Below, piece by piece: positions 1 through 15,000 of a stretch of DNA of 64,000 bases. Position 1 is the stretch's first letter. Every line of letters begins with the position of its first letter. Below the pieces are notes generated by a model, which made no database searches, had not been told where the DNA came from, and saw only the letters and a program-made list of their open reading frames with translations. Source of the DNA: Eledone cirrhosa (lineage: Eukaryota); the NCBI GenBank assembly GCA_964016885.1, contig OZ024741.1:190898001-190962000 (forward strand), read 5' to 3'. The translations under genes and the position numbers were made by a program.

Positions 1-3000
1 GATGGTAAAGTGTTATATATGTTACCTGTTGGTTTGTCTGGATGTTAAAGTGTCATACATGTTACCTGGTGGTTTGTCTGGATGGTAAAGTGTCATACAT
101 GTTACCTGGTGGGTTGTCTGGATGGTAAAGTGTTATATATGTTACCTGCTAGTTTGTCTGGATGGTAAAGTATCATATAAGTTACCTGGTGGTTTGTCTG
201 GATGGTAAAGTGTCATATATGTTACCTGGTGGTTTGTCTGGATGGTAAAGTGTCATATATGTTACCTGGTAGTTTGTCTGGATGGTAAAGTGTTATATAT
301 GTTACCTGGTGGTTTGTCTGGATGGTAAAGTGTCATATATGTTACCTGGTAGTTTGTCTGGATGGTAAAGTGTCATATATGTTACCTGGTAGTTTGTCTG
401 GATGGTAAAGTGTCATATATGTTACCTGGTAGTTTGTCTGGATGGTAAAGTGTCATATATGTTACCTGGTAGTTTTTCTGGATGGTAAAGTGTCATATAT
501 GTTACCTGGTAGTTTGTCTGGATGGTAAAGTGTCATATATGTTACCTGGTGGTTTGTCTGGATGGTAAAGTGTCATATAAGTTACCTGGTGGATTGTTTG
601 GATGGTAAAGTGTTATATATGTTACCTGGTAGTTTTTCTGGATGGTAAAGTGTCATATATGTTACCTGGTAGTTTGTCTGGATGGTAAAGTGTCATACAT
701 GTTACCTGGTGGTTTGTCTGGATGGTAAAGTTACCTGGTGGTTTGTCTGGATGGTAAAGTGTCATATATGTTACCTGGTGGTTTGTCTGGAAGGTAAAGT
801 GTCATATAAGTTACCTGATAGTTTGTCTGGATGGTAAAGTGTCATATATGTTACCTGGTAGTTTGTCTGGATGGTAAAGTGTCATATATGTTACCTGGTG
901 GTTTGTCTGGAAGGTAAAGTGTCATATAAGTTACCTGGTAGTTTGTCTGGATGGTAAAGTTACCTGGTGGTTTGTCTGGAATGTAAAGTGTCATATATGT
1001 TACCTGGTGGTTTGTCTGGATGGTAAAGTGTCATATATGTTACCTGGTGGTTTGTCTGGATGGTAAAGTGTCATATATATTACCTGGTGGTTTGTTTGGA
1101 TGGTAAAGTGTCATACATGTTACCTGGTGGTTTGTCTGTATGGTAAAGTGTCATATATGTTACCTGGTGGTTTGTCTGGATGGTAAAGTGTCATATATGT
1201 TACCTGGTGGTTTGTCTGGATGGTAAAGTGTCATATATGTTACCTGGTGGTTTGTCTGGATGGTAAAGTGTTATATATGTTACCTGGTAGTTTGTCTGGA
1301 TGGTAAAGTGTCATATATGTTACCCGGTGGTTTGTCTGGATGGTAAAGTGTTATATATGTTACCTGGTAGTTTGTCTGGATGGTAAAGTGTCATATATGT
1401 TACCTGGTGGTTTGTCTGGATGGTAAAGTGTCATATATGTTACCTGGTGGTTTGTCTGGATGGTAAAGTGTCATATATGTTACCTGGTGGTTTGTCTGGA
1501 TGGTAAAGTGTCATATATGTTACCTGGTAGTTTGTCTGGATGGTTAAGTTACCTGGTGGTTTGTCTGGATGGTAAAGTGTCATATATGTTACCTGGTGGT
1601 TTGTCTGGATGGTAAAGTGTCATATATGTTACCTGGTAGTTTGTCTGGATGGTAAAGTGTTATATATGTTACCTGGTGGTTTGTCTGAATGGTAAAGTTA
1701 CCTGGTGGTTTGTCTGGATGGTAAAGTGTTATATATGTTACCTGGTAGTTTGTCTGGATGGTAAAGTTACCTGGTAGTTTGTCTGGATGGTAAAGTTACC
1801 TGGTGGTTTGTCTGGAAGGTAAAGTGTCATATAAGTTACCTGGTAGTTTGTCTGGATGGTAAAGTTACCTGGTAGTTTGTCTGGATGGTAAAGTGTTATA
1901 TATGTTACCTGTTGGTTTGTCTGGATGTTAAAGTGTCATACATGTTACCTGGTGGTTTGTCTGGATGGTAAAGTGTCATACATGTTACCTGGTGGGTTGT
2001 CTGGATGGTAAAGTGTTATATATGTTACCTGGTAGTTTGTCTGGATGGTAAAGTGTCATATAAGTTACCTGGTGGTTTGTCTGGATGGTAAAGTGTCATA
2101 TATGTTACCTGGTGGTTTGTCTGGATGGTAAAGTGTCATATATGTTACCTGGTAGTTTGTCTGGATGGTAAAGTGTTATATATGTTACCTGGTGGTTTGT
2201 CTGGATGGTAAATTGTCATATATGTTACCTGGTAGTTTGTCTGGATGGTAAAGTGTCATACATGTTACCTGGTGCTTTGTCTGGATGGTAAAGTGTTATA
2301 TATGTTACCTCGTAGTCTGTCTGGATGGTAAAGTGTCATATAAGTTACCTGGTGGTTTGTCTGGAAGGTAAAGTGTCATATATGTTACCTAGTGGGCTGT
2401 CTGGATGGTAAAGTGTCATATATGTTACCTGGTGGTTTGTCTGGATGGTAAAGTGTCATATATGTTACCTGGTGGTTTGTCTGGATGGTAAAGTGTCATA
2501 TATGTTACCTGGTGGTTTGTCTGGATGGTAAAGTGTCATATAAGTTACCTGGTGGTTTGTTTGGATGGTAAAGTGTTATATATGTTACCTGGTAGTTTTT
2601 CTGGATGGTAAAGTGTCATATATGTTACCTGGTGGTTTGTCTGGATGGTAAAGTGTCATACATTTTACCTGGTGGTTTGTCTGGATGGTAAAGTTACCTG
2701 GTGGTTTGTGTGGATGGTAAAGGGTCATATATGTTACCTTGCGGTTTGTCTGGAAGGTAATGTGTCATATAAGTTACCTGATAGTTTGTCTGGATGGTAA
2801 AGTGTCATATATGTTACCTGGTGGTTTGTCTGGATGGTAAAGTGTCATATATATTACCTGGTGGTTTGTCTGGAAGGTAAAGTGTCATATAAGTTACCTG
2901 GTAGTTTGTCTGGATGGTAAAGTTACCTGGTGGTTTGTCTGGAAGGTAAAGTGTCATATATATTACCTGGTGGTTTGTCTGGCTGGTAAAGTGTCATACA

Positions 3001-6000
3001 TGTTACCTGGTGGTTTGTCTGTATGGTAAATTGTCATATATGTTACCTGGTGGTTTGTCTGGATGGTAAAGTGTCATATATGTTACCTGGTGGTTTGTCT
3101 GGATGGTAAAGTGTCATATATGTTACCTGGTGGTTTGTCTGGATGGTAAAGTGTCATATATGTTACCTGGTGGTTTGTCTGGATGGTAAAGTGTTATATA
3201 TGTTACCTGGTAGTTTGTCTGGATGGTAAAGTGTCATATATGTTACCTGGTGGTTTGTCTGGATGGTAAAGTGTTATATATGTTACCTGGTGGTTTGTCT
3301 GGATGGTAAAGTGTTATATATGTTACCTGGTAGTTGGTCTGGATGGTAAAGTGTCATATAAGTTACCTGGTGGTTTGTCTGGATGGTAAAGTGTCATATA
3401 TGTTACCTGGTGGTTTGTCTGGATGGTAAAGTGTCATATATGTTACCTGGTGGTTTGTCTGGATGGTAAAGTGTCATATATGTTACCTGGTGGTTCGTCT
3501 GGATTGTAAAGTGTCATATATGTTACCTGGTAGTTTGTCTGGATGGTTAAGTTACCTGGTGGTTTGTCTGAATGGTAAAGTGTTATATATGTTACCTGGT
3601 AGTTTGTCTGGATGGTAAAGTTACCTGGTAGTTTGTCTGGATGGTAAAGTTACCTGGTGGTTTGTCTGGAAGGTAAAGTGTCATATAAGTTACCTGGTAG
3701 TTTGTCTGGATGGTAAAGTTACCTGGTAGTTTGTCTGGATGGTAAAGTGTTATATACGTTACCTGGTAGTTTGTCTGGATGGTAAAGTGTCATATAAGTT
3801 ACCTGGTGGATTGTCTGGATGGTAAAGTGTCATATATGTTACCTGGTGGTTTGTCTGGATGGTAAAGTGTCATATATGTTACCTGGTGGTTTGTCTGGAT
3901 GGTAAAGTGTCATATATGTTACCTGGTAGTTTGTCTGGATGATAAAGTGTTATATATGTTACCTGGTGGTTTGTCTGAATGGTAAAGTTACCTGGTGGTT
4001 TGTCTGGATGGTAAAGTGTTATATATGTTACCTGTTAGTTTGTCTGGATGGTAAAGTTACCTGGTAGTTTGTCTGGATGGTAAAGTTACCTGGTGGTTTG
4101 TCTGGAAGGTAAAGTGTCATATAAGTTACCTGGTAGTTTGTCTGGATGGTAAAGTTACCTGGTAGTTTGTCTGGATGGTAAAGTGTTATATATGTTACCT
4201 GTTGGTTTGTCTGGATGTTAAAGTGTCATACATGTTACCTGGTGGTTTGTCTGGATGGTAAAGTGTCATACATTTTACCTGGTGGGTTGTCTGGATGGTA
4301 AAGTGTTATATATGTTACCTGGTAGTTTGTCTGGATGGTAAAGTGTCATATAAGTTACCTGGTGGTTTGTCTGGATGGTAAAGTGTCATATATGTTACCT
4401 GGTGGTTTGTCTGGATGGTAAAGTGTCATATATGTTACCTGGTAGTTTGTCTGGATGGTAAAGTGTTATATATGTTACCTGGTGGTTTGTCTGGATGGTA
4501 AAGTGTCATATATGTTACCTGGTAGTTTGTCTGGATGGTAAAGTGTCATATATGTTACCTGGTAGTTTGTCTGGATGGTAAAGTGTCATATATGTTACCT
4601 GGTAGTTTGTCTGGATGGTAAAGTGTCATATATGTTACCTGGTAGTTTTTCTGGATGGTAAAGTGTCATATATGTTACCTGGTGGTTTGTCTGGATGGTA
4701 AAGTGTCATATATGTTACCTGGTGGTTCGTCTGGATGGTAAAGTGTCATATATGTTACCTGGTAGTTTGTCTGGATGGTTAAGTTACCTGGTGGTTTGTC
4801 TGAATGGTAAAGTGTTATATATGTTACCTGGTAGTTTGTCTGGATGGTAAAGTTACCTGGTAGTTTGTCTGGATGGTAAAGTTACCTGGTGGTTTGTCTG
4901 GAAGGTAAAGTGTCATATAAGTTACCTGGTAGTTTGTCTGGATGGTAAAGTTACCTGGTAGTTTGTCTGGATGGTAAAGTGTTATATATGTTACCTGGTA
5001 GTTTGTCTGGATGGTAAAGTGTCATATAAGTTACCTGGTGGTTTGTCTGGATGGTAAAGTGTCATATATGTTACCTGGTGGTTTGTCTGGATGGTAAAGT
5101 GTCATATATGTTACCTGGTGGTTTGTCTGGATGGTAAAGTGTCATATATGTTACCTGGTAGTTTGTCTGGATGATAAAGTGTTATATATGTTACCTGGTG
5201 GTTTGTCTGAATGGTAAAGTTACCTGGTGGTTTGTCTGGATGGTAAAGTGTTATATATGTTACCTGGTAGTTTGTCTGGATGGTAAAGTTACATGGTAGT
5301 TTGTCTGGATGGTAAAGTTACCTGGTGGTTTGTCTGGAAGGTAAAGTGTCATATAAGTTACCTGGTAGTTTGTCTGGATGGTAAAGTTACCTGGTAGTTT
5401 GTCTGGATGGTAAAGTGTTATATATGTTACCTGTTGGTTTGTCTGGATGTTAAAGTGTCATACATGTTACCTGGTGGTTTGTCTGGATGGTAAAGTGTCA
5501 TACATGTTACCTGGTGGGTTGTCTGGATGGTAAAGTGTTATATATGTTACCTGGTAGTTTGTCTGGATGGTAAAGTGTCATATAAGTTATCTGGTGGTTT
5601 GTCTGGATGGTAAAGTGTCATATATGTTACCTGGTGGTTTGTCTGGATGGTAAAGTGTCATATATGTTACCTGGTAGTTTGTCTGGATGGTAAAGTGTTA
5701 TATATGTTACCTGGTGGTTTGTCTGGATGGTAAAGTGTCATATATGTTACCTGGTAGTTTGTCTGGATGGTAAAGTGTCATATATGTTACCTGGTAGTTT
5801 GTCTGGATGGTAAAGTGTCATATATGTTACCTGGTAGTTTGTCTGGATGGTAAAGTGTCATATATGTTACCTGGTAGTTTTTCTGGATGGTAAAGTGTCG
5901 TATATGTTACCTGGTAGTTTGTCTGGATGGTAAAGTGTCATATATGTTACCTGGTGGTTTGTCTGGATGGTAAAGTGTCATATAAGTTACCTGGTGGATT

Positions 6001-9000
6001 GTTTGGATGGTAAAGTGTTCTATATGTTACCTGGTAGTTTTTCTGGATGGTAAAGTGTCATATATGTTACCTGGTAGTTTGTCTGGATGGTAAAGTGTCA
6101 TACATGTTACCTGGTGGTTTGTCTGGATGGTAAAGTTACCTGGTGGTTTGTCTGGATGGTAAAGTGTCATATATGTTACCTGGTGGTTTGTCTGGAAGGT
6201 AAAGTGTCATATAAGTTACCTGATAGTTTGTCTGGATGGTAAAGTGTCATATATGTTACCTGGTGGTTTGTCTGGATGGTAAAGTGTCATATATGTTACC
6301 TGGTGGTTTGTCTGGAAGGTAAAGTGTCATATAAGTTACCTGGTAGTTTGTCTGGATGGTAAAGTTACCTGGTGGTTTGTCTGGAATGTAAAGTGTCATA
6401 TATGTTACCTGGTGGTTTGTCTTGATGGTAAAGTGTCATATATGTTACCTGGTGGTTTGTCTGGATGGTAAAGTGTCATATATGTTACCTGGTGGTTTGT
6501 TTGGATGGTAAAGTGTCATACATGTTACCTGGTGGTTTGTCTGTATGGTAAAGTGTCATATATGTTACCTGGTGGTTTGTCTGGATGGTAAAGTGTCATA
6601 TATGTTACCTGGTGGTTTGTCTGGATGGTAAAGTGTCATATATGTTACCTGGTGGTTTGTCTGGATGGTAAAGTGTTATATATGTTACCTGGTAGTTTGT
6701 CTGGATGGTAAAGCGTCATATATGTTACCCGCTGGTTTGTCTGGATGGTAAAGTGTTATATATGTTACCTGGTAGTTTGTCTGGATGGTAAAGTGTCATA
6801 TATGTTACCTGGTGGTTTGTCTGGATGGTAAAGTGTCATATATGTTACCTGGTGGTTTGTCTGGATGGTAAAGTGTCATATATGTTACCTGGTGGTTTGT
6901 CTGGATGGTAAAGTGTCATATATGTTACCTGGTAGTTTGTCTGGATGGTAAAGTGTTATATATGTTACCTGGTGGTTTGTCTGAATGGTAAAGTTACCTG
7001 GTGGTTTGTCTGGATAGTAAAGTGTTATATATGTTACCTGGTAGTTTGACTGGATGGTAAAGTTACCTGGTAGTTTGTCTGGATGGTAAAGTTACCTGGT
7101 GGTTTGTCTGGAAGGTAAAGTGTCATATAAGTTACCTGGTAGTTTGTCTGGATGGTAAAGTTACCTGGTAGTTTGTCTGGATGGTAAAGTGTTATATATG
7201 TTACCTGTTGGTTTGTCTGGATGTTAAAGTGTCATACATGTTACCTGGTGGTTTGTCTGGATGGTAAAGTGTCATACATGTTACCTGGTGGGTTGTCTGG
7301 ATGGTAAAGTGTTATATATGTTACCTGGTAGTTTGTCTGGATGGTAAAGTGTCATATAAGTTACCTGGTGGTTTGTCTGGATGGTAAAGTGTCATATATG
7401 TTACCTGGTGGTTTGTCTGGATGGTAAAGTGTCATATATGTTACCTGGTAGTTTGTCTGGATGGTAAAGTGTTATATATGTTACCTGGTGGTTTGTCTGG
7501 ATGGTAAATTGTCATATATGTTACCTGGTAGTTTGTCTGGATGGTAAAGTGTCATACATGTTACCTGGTGCTTTGTCTGGATGGTAAAGTTACCTGGTGG
7601 TTTGTCTGGATGGTAAAGTGTCATATAAGTTACCTGGTGGTTTGTCTGGAAGGTAAAGTGTCATATATGTTACCTGGTAGTTTGTCTGGATGGTAAAGTG
7701 TCATATATGTTATCTGGTAGTTTGTCTGGATGGTAAAGTGTCATATATGTTACCTGGTAGTTTGTCTGGAGGGTAAATTGTTACATATGTTACCTGGTGG
7801 TTTGTCTGGATGGTAAAGTGTCATATATGTTACCTGGTGGTTTGTCTGGAAGGTAAAGTGTCATATATGTTACCTGGTGGTTTGTCTGGATGGTAAAGTG
7901 TTATATATGTTACCTCGTAGTCTGTCTGGATGGTAAAGTGTCATATAAGTTACCTGGTGGTTTGTCTGGAAGGTAAAGTGTCATATATGTTACCTAGTGG
8001 GCTGTCTGGATGGTAAAGTGTCATATATGTTACCTGGTGGTTTGTCTGGATGGTAAAGTGTCATATATGTTACCTGGTGGTTTGTCTGGATGGTAAAGTG
8101 TCATATATGTTACCTGGTGGTTTGTCTGGATGGTAAAGTGTCATATAAGTTACCTGGTGGTTTGTTTGGATGGTAAAGTGTTATATATGTTACCTGGTAG
8201 TTTTTCTGGATGGTAAAGTGTCATATATGTTACCTGGTGGTTTGTCTGGATGGTAAAGTGTCATACATTTTACCTGGTGGTTTGTCTGGATGGTAAAGTT
8301 ACCTGGTGGTTTGTCTGGATGGTAAAGGGTCATATATGTTACCTGGTGGTTTGTCTGGAAGGTAATGTGTCATATAAGTTACCTGATAGTTTGTCTGGAT
8401 GGTAAAGTGTCATATATGTTACCTGGTGGTTTGTCTGGATGGTAAAGTGTCATATATGTTACCTGGTGGTTTGTCTGGAAGGTAAAGTGTCATATAAGTT
8501 ACCTGGTAGTTTGTCTGGATGGTAAAGTTACCTGGTGGTTTGTCTGGAAGGTAAAGTGTCATATATGTTACCTGGTGGTTTGTCTGGCTGGTAAAGTGTC
8601 ATATATGTTACCTGGTGGTTTGTCTGGATGGTAAAGTGTCATATATGTTACCTGGTGGTTTGTTTGGATGGTAAAGTGTCATACATGTTACCTGGTGGTT
8701 TGTCTCTATGGTAAAGTGTCATATATGTTACCTGGTGGTTTGTCTGGATGGTAAAGTGTCATATATGTTACCTGCTGGTTTGTCTGGATGGTAAAGTGTC
8801 ATATATGTTACCTGGTGGTTTGTCTGGATGGTAAAGTGTCATATATGTTACCTGGTGGTTTGTCTGGATGGTAAAGTGTTATATATGTTACCTGGTACTT
8901 TGTCTGGATGGTAAAGTGTCATATATGTTACCTGGTGGTTTGTCTGGATGGTAAAGTGTCATATATGTTACCTGGTGGTTTGTCTGGATGGTAAAGTGTC

Positions 9001-12000
9001 ATATATGTTACCTGGTAGTTTGTCTGGATGGTTAAGTTACCTGGTGGTTTGTCTGAATGGTAAAGTGTTATATATATTACCTGGTAGTTTGTCTGGATGG
9101 TAAAGTTACCTGGTAGTTTGTCTGGATGGTAAAGTTACCTGGTGGTTTGTCTGGAAGGTAAAGTGTCATATAAGTTACCTGGTAGTTTGTCTGGATGGTA
9201 AAGTTACCTGGTAGTTTGTCTGGATGGTAAAGTGTTATATATGTTACCTGGTAGTTTGTCTGGATGGTAAAGTGTCATATAAGTTACCTGGTGGTTCGTC
9301 TGGATGGTAAAGTGTCATATATGTTACCTGGTGGTTTGTCTGGATGGTAAAGTGTCATATATGTTACCTGGTGGTTTGTCTGGATGGTAAAGTGTCATAT
9401 ATGTTACCTGGTAGTTTGTCTGGATGATAAAGTGTTATATATGTTACCTGGTGGTTTGTCTGAATGGTAAAGTTACCTGGTGGTTTGTCTGGATGGTAAA
9501 GTGTTATATATGTTACCTGGTAGTTTGTCTGGATGGTAAAGTTACCTGGTAGTTTGTCTGGATGGTAAAGTTACCTGGTGGTTTGTCTGGAAGGTAAAGT
9601 GTCATATAAGTTACCTGGTAGTTTGTCTGGATGGTAAAGTTACCTGGTAGTTTGTCTGGATGGTAAAGTGTTATATATGTTACCTGTTGGTTTGTCTGGA
9701 TGTTAAAGTGTCATACATGTTACCTGGTGGTTTGTCTGGATGGTAAAGTGTCATACATGTTACCTGGTGGGTTGTCTGGATGGTAAAGTGTTATATATGT
9801 TACCTGGTAGTTTGTCTGGATGGTAAAGTATCATATAAGTTACCTGGTGGTTTGTCTGGATGGTAAAATGTCATATATGTTACCTGGTGGTTTGTCTGGA
9901 TGGTAAAGTGTCATATATGTTACCTGGTAGTTTGTCTGGATGGTAAAGTGTTATATATGTTACCTGGTGGTTTGTCTGGATGGTAAAGTGTCATATATGT
10001 TACCTGGTAGTTTGTCTGGATGGTAAAGTGTCATATATGTTACCTGGTAGTTTGTCTGGATGGTAAAGTGTCATATATGTTACCTGGTAGTTTGTCTGGA
10101 TGGTAAAGTGTCATATATGTTACCTGGTAGTTTTTCTGGATGGTAAAGTGTCATATATGTTACCTGGTAGTTTGTCTGGATGGTAAAGTGTCATATATGT
10201 TACCTGGTGGTTTGTCTGGATGGTAAAGTGTCATATAAGTTACCTGGTGGATTGTTTGGATGGTAAAGTGTTATATATGTTACCTGGTAGTTTTTCTGGA
10301 TGGTAAAGTGTCATATATGTTACCTGGTAGTTTGTCTGGATGGTAAAGTGTCATACATGTTACCTGGTGGTTTGTCTGGATGGTAAAGTTACCTGGTGGT
10401 TTGTCTGGATGGTAAAGTGTCATATATGTTACCTGGTGGTTTGTCTGGAAGGTAAAGTGTCATATAAGTTACCTGATAGTTTGTCTGGATGGTAAAGTGT
10501 CATATATGTTACCTGGTGGTTTGTCTGGATGGTAAAGTGTCATATATGTTACCTGGTGGTTTGTCTGGAAGGTAAAGTGTCATATAAGTTACCTGGTAGT
10601 TTGTCTGGATGGTAAAGTTACCTGGTGGTTTGTCTGGAATGTAAAGTGTCATATATGTTACCTGGTGGTTTGTCTGGATGGTAAAGTGTCATATATGTTA
10701 CCTGGTGGTTTGTCTGGATGGTAAAGTGTCATATATGTTACCTGGTGGTTTGTTTGGATGGTAAAGTGTCATACATGTTACCTGGTGGTTTGTCTGTATG
10801 GTAAAGTGTCATATATGTTACCTGGTGGTTTGTCTGGATGGTAAAGTGTCATATATGTTACCTGGTGGTTTGTCTGGGTGGTAAAGTGTCATATATGTTA
10901 CCTGGTGGTTTGTCTGGATGGTAAAGTGTCATATATGTTACCTGGTGGTTTGTCTGGATGGTAAAGTGTCATATATGTTACCTGGTGGTTTGTCTGGATG
11001 GTAAAGTGTCATATATGTTACCTGGTAGTTTGTCTGGATGGTTAAGTTACCTGGTGGTTTGTCTGAATGGTAAAGTGTTATATATGTTACTTGGTAGTTT
11101 GTCTGGATGGTAAAGTTACCTGGTAGTTTGTCTGGATGGTAAAGTTACCTGGTGGTTTGTCTGGAAGGTAAAGTGTCATATAAGTTACCTGGTAGTTTGT
11201 CTGGATGGTAAAGTTACCTGGTAGTTTGTCTGGATGGTAAAGTGTTATATATGTTACCTGGTAGTTTGTCTGGATGGTAAAGTGTCATATAAGTTACCTG
11301 GTGGTTTGTCTGGATGGTAAAGTGTCATATATGTTACCTGGTGGTTTGTCTGGATGGTAAAGTGTCATATATGTTACCTGGTGGTTTGTCTGGATGGTAA
11401 AGTGTCATATATGTTACCTGGTAGTTTGTCTGGATGATAAAGTGTTATATATGTTACCTGGTGGTTTGTCTGAATGGTAAAGTTACCTGGTGGTTTGTCT
11501 GGATGGTAAAGTGTTATATATGTTACCTGGTAGTTTGTCTGGATGGTAAAGTTACCTGGTAGTTTGTCTGGATGGTAAAGTTACCTGGTGGTTTGTCTGG
11601 AAGGTAAAGTGTCATATAAGTTACCTGGTAGTTTGTCTGGATGGTAAAGTTACCTGGTAGTTTGTCTGGATGGTAAAGTGTTATATATGTTACCTGTTGG
11701 TTTGTCTGGATGTTAAAGTGTCATACATGTTACCTGGTGGTTTGTCTGGATGGTAAAGTGTCATACATGTTACCTGGTGGGTTGTCTGGATGGTAAAGTG
11801 TTATATATGTTACCTGGTAGTTTGTCTGGATGGTAAAGTATCATATAAGTTACCTGGTGGTTTGTCTGGATGGTAAAGTGTCATATATGTTACCTGGTGG
11901 TTTGTCTGGATGGTAAAGTGTCATATATGTTACCTGGTAGTTTGTCTGGATGGTAAAGTGTTATATATGTTACCTGGTGGTTTGTCTGGATGGTAAAGTG

Positions 12001-15000
12001 TCATATATGTTACCTGGTAGTTTGTCTGGATGGTAAAGTGTCATATATGTTACCTGGTAGTTTGTCTGGATGGTAAAGTGTCATATATGTTACCTGGTAG
12101 TTTGTCTGGATGGTAAAGTGTCATATATGTTACCTGGTAGTTTTTCTGGATGGTAAAGTGTCATATATGTTACCTGGTAGTTTGTCTGGATGGTAAAGTG
12201 TCATATATGTTACCTGGTGGTTTGTCTGGATGGTAAAGTGTCATATAAGTTACCTGGTGGATTGTTTGGATGGTAAAGTGTTATATATGTTACCTGGTAG
12301 TTTTTCTGGATGGTAAAGTGTCATATATGTTACCTGGTAGTTTGTCTGGATGGTAAAGTGTCATACATGTTACCTGGTGGTTTGTCTGGATGGTAAAGTT
12401 ACCTGGTGGTTTGTCTGGATGGTAAAGTGTCATATATGTTACCTGGTGGTTTGTCTGGAAGGTAAAGTGTCATATAAGTTACCTGATAGTTTGTCTGGAT
12501 GGTAAAGTGTCATATATGTTACCTGGTAGTTTGTCTGGATGGTAAAGTGTCATATATGTTACCTGGTGGTTTGTCTGGAAGGTAAAGTGTCATATAAGTT
12601 ACCTGGTAGTTTGTCTGGATGGTAAAGTTACCTGGTGGTTTGTCTGGAATGTAAAGTGTCATATATGTTACCTGGTGGTTTGTCTGGATGGTAAAGTGTC
12701 ATATATGTTACCTGGTGGTTTGTCTGGATGGTAAAGTGTCATATATATTACCTGGTGGTTTGTTTGGATGGTAAAGTGTCATACATGTTACCTGGTGGTT
12801 TGTCTGTATGGTAAAGTGTCATATATGTTACCTGGTGGTTTGTCTGGATGGTAAAGTGTCATATATGTTACCTGGTGGTTTGTCTGGATGGTAAAGTGTC
12901 ATATATGTTACCTGGTGGTTTGTCTGGATGGTAAAGTGTTATATATGTTACCTGGTAGTTTGTCTGGATGGTAAAGTGTCATATATGTTACCCGGTGGTT
13001 TGTCTGGATGGTAAAGTGTTATATATGTTACCTGGTAGTTTGTCTGGATGGTAAAGTGTCATATATGTTACCTGGTGGTTTGTCTGGATGGTAAAGTGTC
13101 ATATATGTTACCTGGTGGTTTGTCTGGATGGTAAAGTGTCATATATGTTACCTGGTGGTTTGTCTGGATGGTAAAGTGTCATATATGTTACCTGGTAGTT
13201 TGTCTGGATGGTTAAGTTACCTGGTGGTTTGTCTGGATGGTAAAGTGTCATATATGTTACCTGGTGGTTTGTCTGGATGGTAAAGTGTCATATATGTTAC
13301 CTGGTAGTTTGTCTGGATGGTAAAGTGTTATATATGTTACCTGGTGGTTTGTCTGAATGGTAAAGTTACCTGGTGGTTTGTCTGGATGGTAAAGTGTTAT
13401 ATATGTTACCTGGTAGTTTGTCTGGATGGTAAAGTTACCTGGTAGTTTGTCTGGATGGTAAAGTTACCTGGTGGTTTGTCTGGAAGGTAAAGTGTCATAT
13501 AAGTTACCTGGTAGTTTGTCTGGATGGTAAAGTTACCTGGTAGTTTGTCTGGATGGTAAAGTGTCATATATGTTACCTGGTGGTTTGTCTGGATGGTAAA
13601 GTGTCATATATGTTACCTGGTAGTTTGTCTGGATGGTAAAGTGTTATATATGTTACCTGGTAGTTTGTCTGGATGGTAAAGTTACCTGGTAGTTTGTCTG
13701 GATGGTAAAGTTACCTGGTGGTTTGTCTGGAAGGTAAAGTGTCATATAAGTTACCTGGTGGTTTGTCTGGATGGTAAAGTGTCATATATGTTACCTGGTG
13801 GTTTGTCTGGATGGTAAAGTGTCATATATGTTACCTGGTAGTTTGTCTGGATGGTAAAGTGTTATATATGTTACCTGGTGGTTTGTCTGGATGGTAAATT
13901 GTCATATATGTTACCTGGTAGTTTGTCTGGATGGTAAAGTGTCATACATGTTACCTGGTGCTTTGTCTGGATGGTAAAGTGTTATATATGTTACCTCGTA
14001 GTCTGTCTGGATGGTAAAGTGTCATATAAGTTACCTGGTGGTTTGTCTGGAAGGTAAAGTGTCATATATGTTACCTAGTGGGCTGTCTGGATGGTAAAGT
14101 GTCATATATGTTACCTGGTGGTTTGTCTGGATGGTAAAGTGTCATATATGTTACCTGGTGGTTTGTCTGGATGGTAAAGTGTCATATATGTTACCTGGTG
14201 GTTTGTCTGGATGGTAAAGTGTCATATAAGTTACCTGGTGGTTTGTTTGGATGGTAAAGTGTTATATATGTTACCTGGTAGTTTTTCTGGATGGTAAAGT
14301 GTCATATATGTTACCTGGTGGTTTGTCTGGATGGTAAAGTGTCATACATTTTACCTGGTGGTTTGTCTGGATGGTAAAGTTACCTGGTGGTTTGTGTGGA
14401 TGGTAAAGGGTCATATATGTTACCTTGCGGTTTGTCTGGAAGGTAATGTGTCATATAAGTTACCTGATAGTTTGTCTGGATGGTAAAGTGTCATATATGT
14501 TACCTGGTGGTTTGTCTGGATGGTAAAGTGTCATATATATTACCTGGTGGTTTGTCTGGAAGGTAAAGTGTCATATAAGTTACCTGGTAGTTTGTCTGGA
14601 TGGTAAAGTTACCTGGTGGTTTGTCTGGAAGGTAAAGTGTCATATATATTACCTGGTGGTTTGTCTGGCTGGTAAAGTGTCATACATGTTACCTGGTGGT
14701 TTGTCTGTATGGTAAATTGTCATATATGTTACCTGGTGGTTTGTCTGGATGGTAAAGTGTCATATATGTTACCTGGTGGTTTGTCTGGATGGTAAAGTGT
14801 CATATATGTTACCTGGTGGTTTGTCTGGATGGTAAAGTGTCATATATGTTACCTGGTGGTTTGTCTGGATGGTAAAGTGTTATATATGTTACCTGGTAGT
14901 TTGTCTGGATGGTAAAGTGTCATATATGTTACCTGGTGGTTTGTCTGGATGGTAAAGTGTTATATATGTTACCTGGTGGTTTGTCTGGATGGTAAAGTGT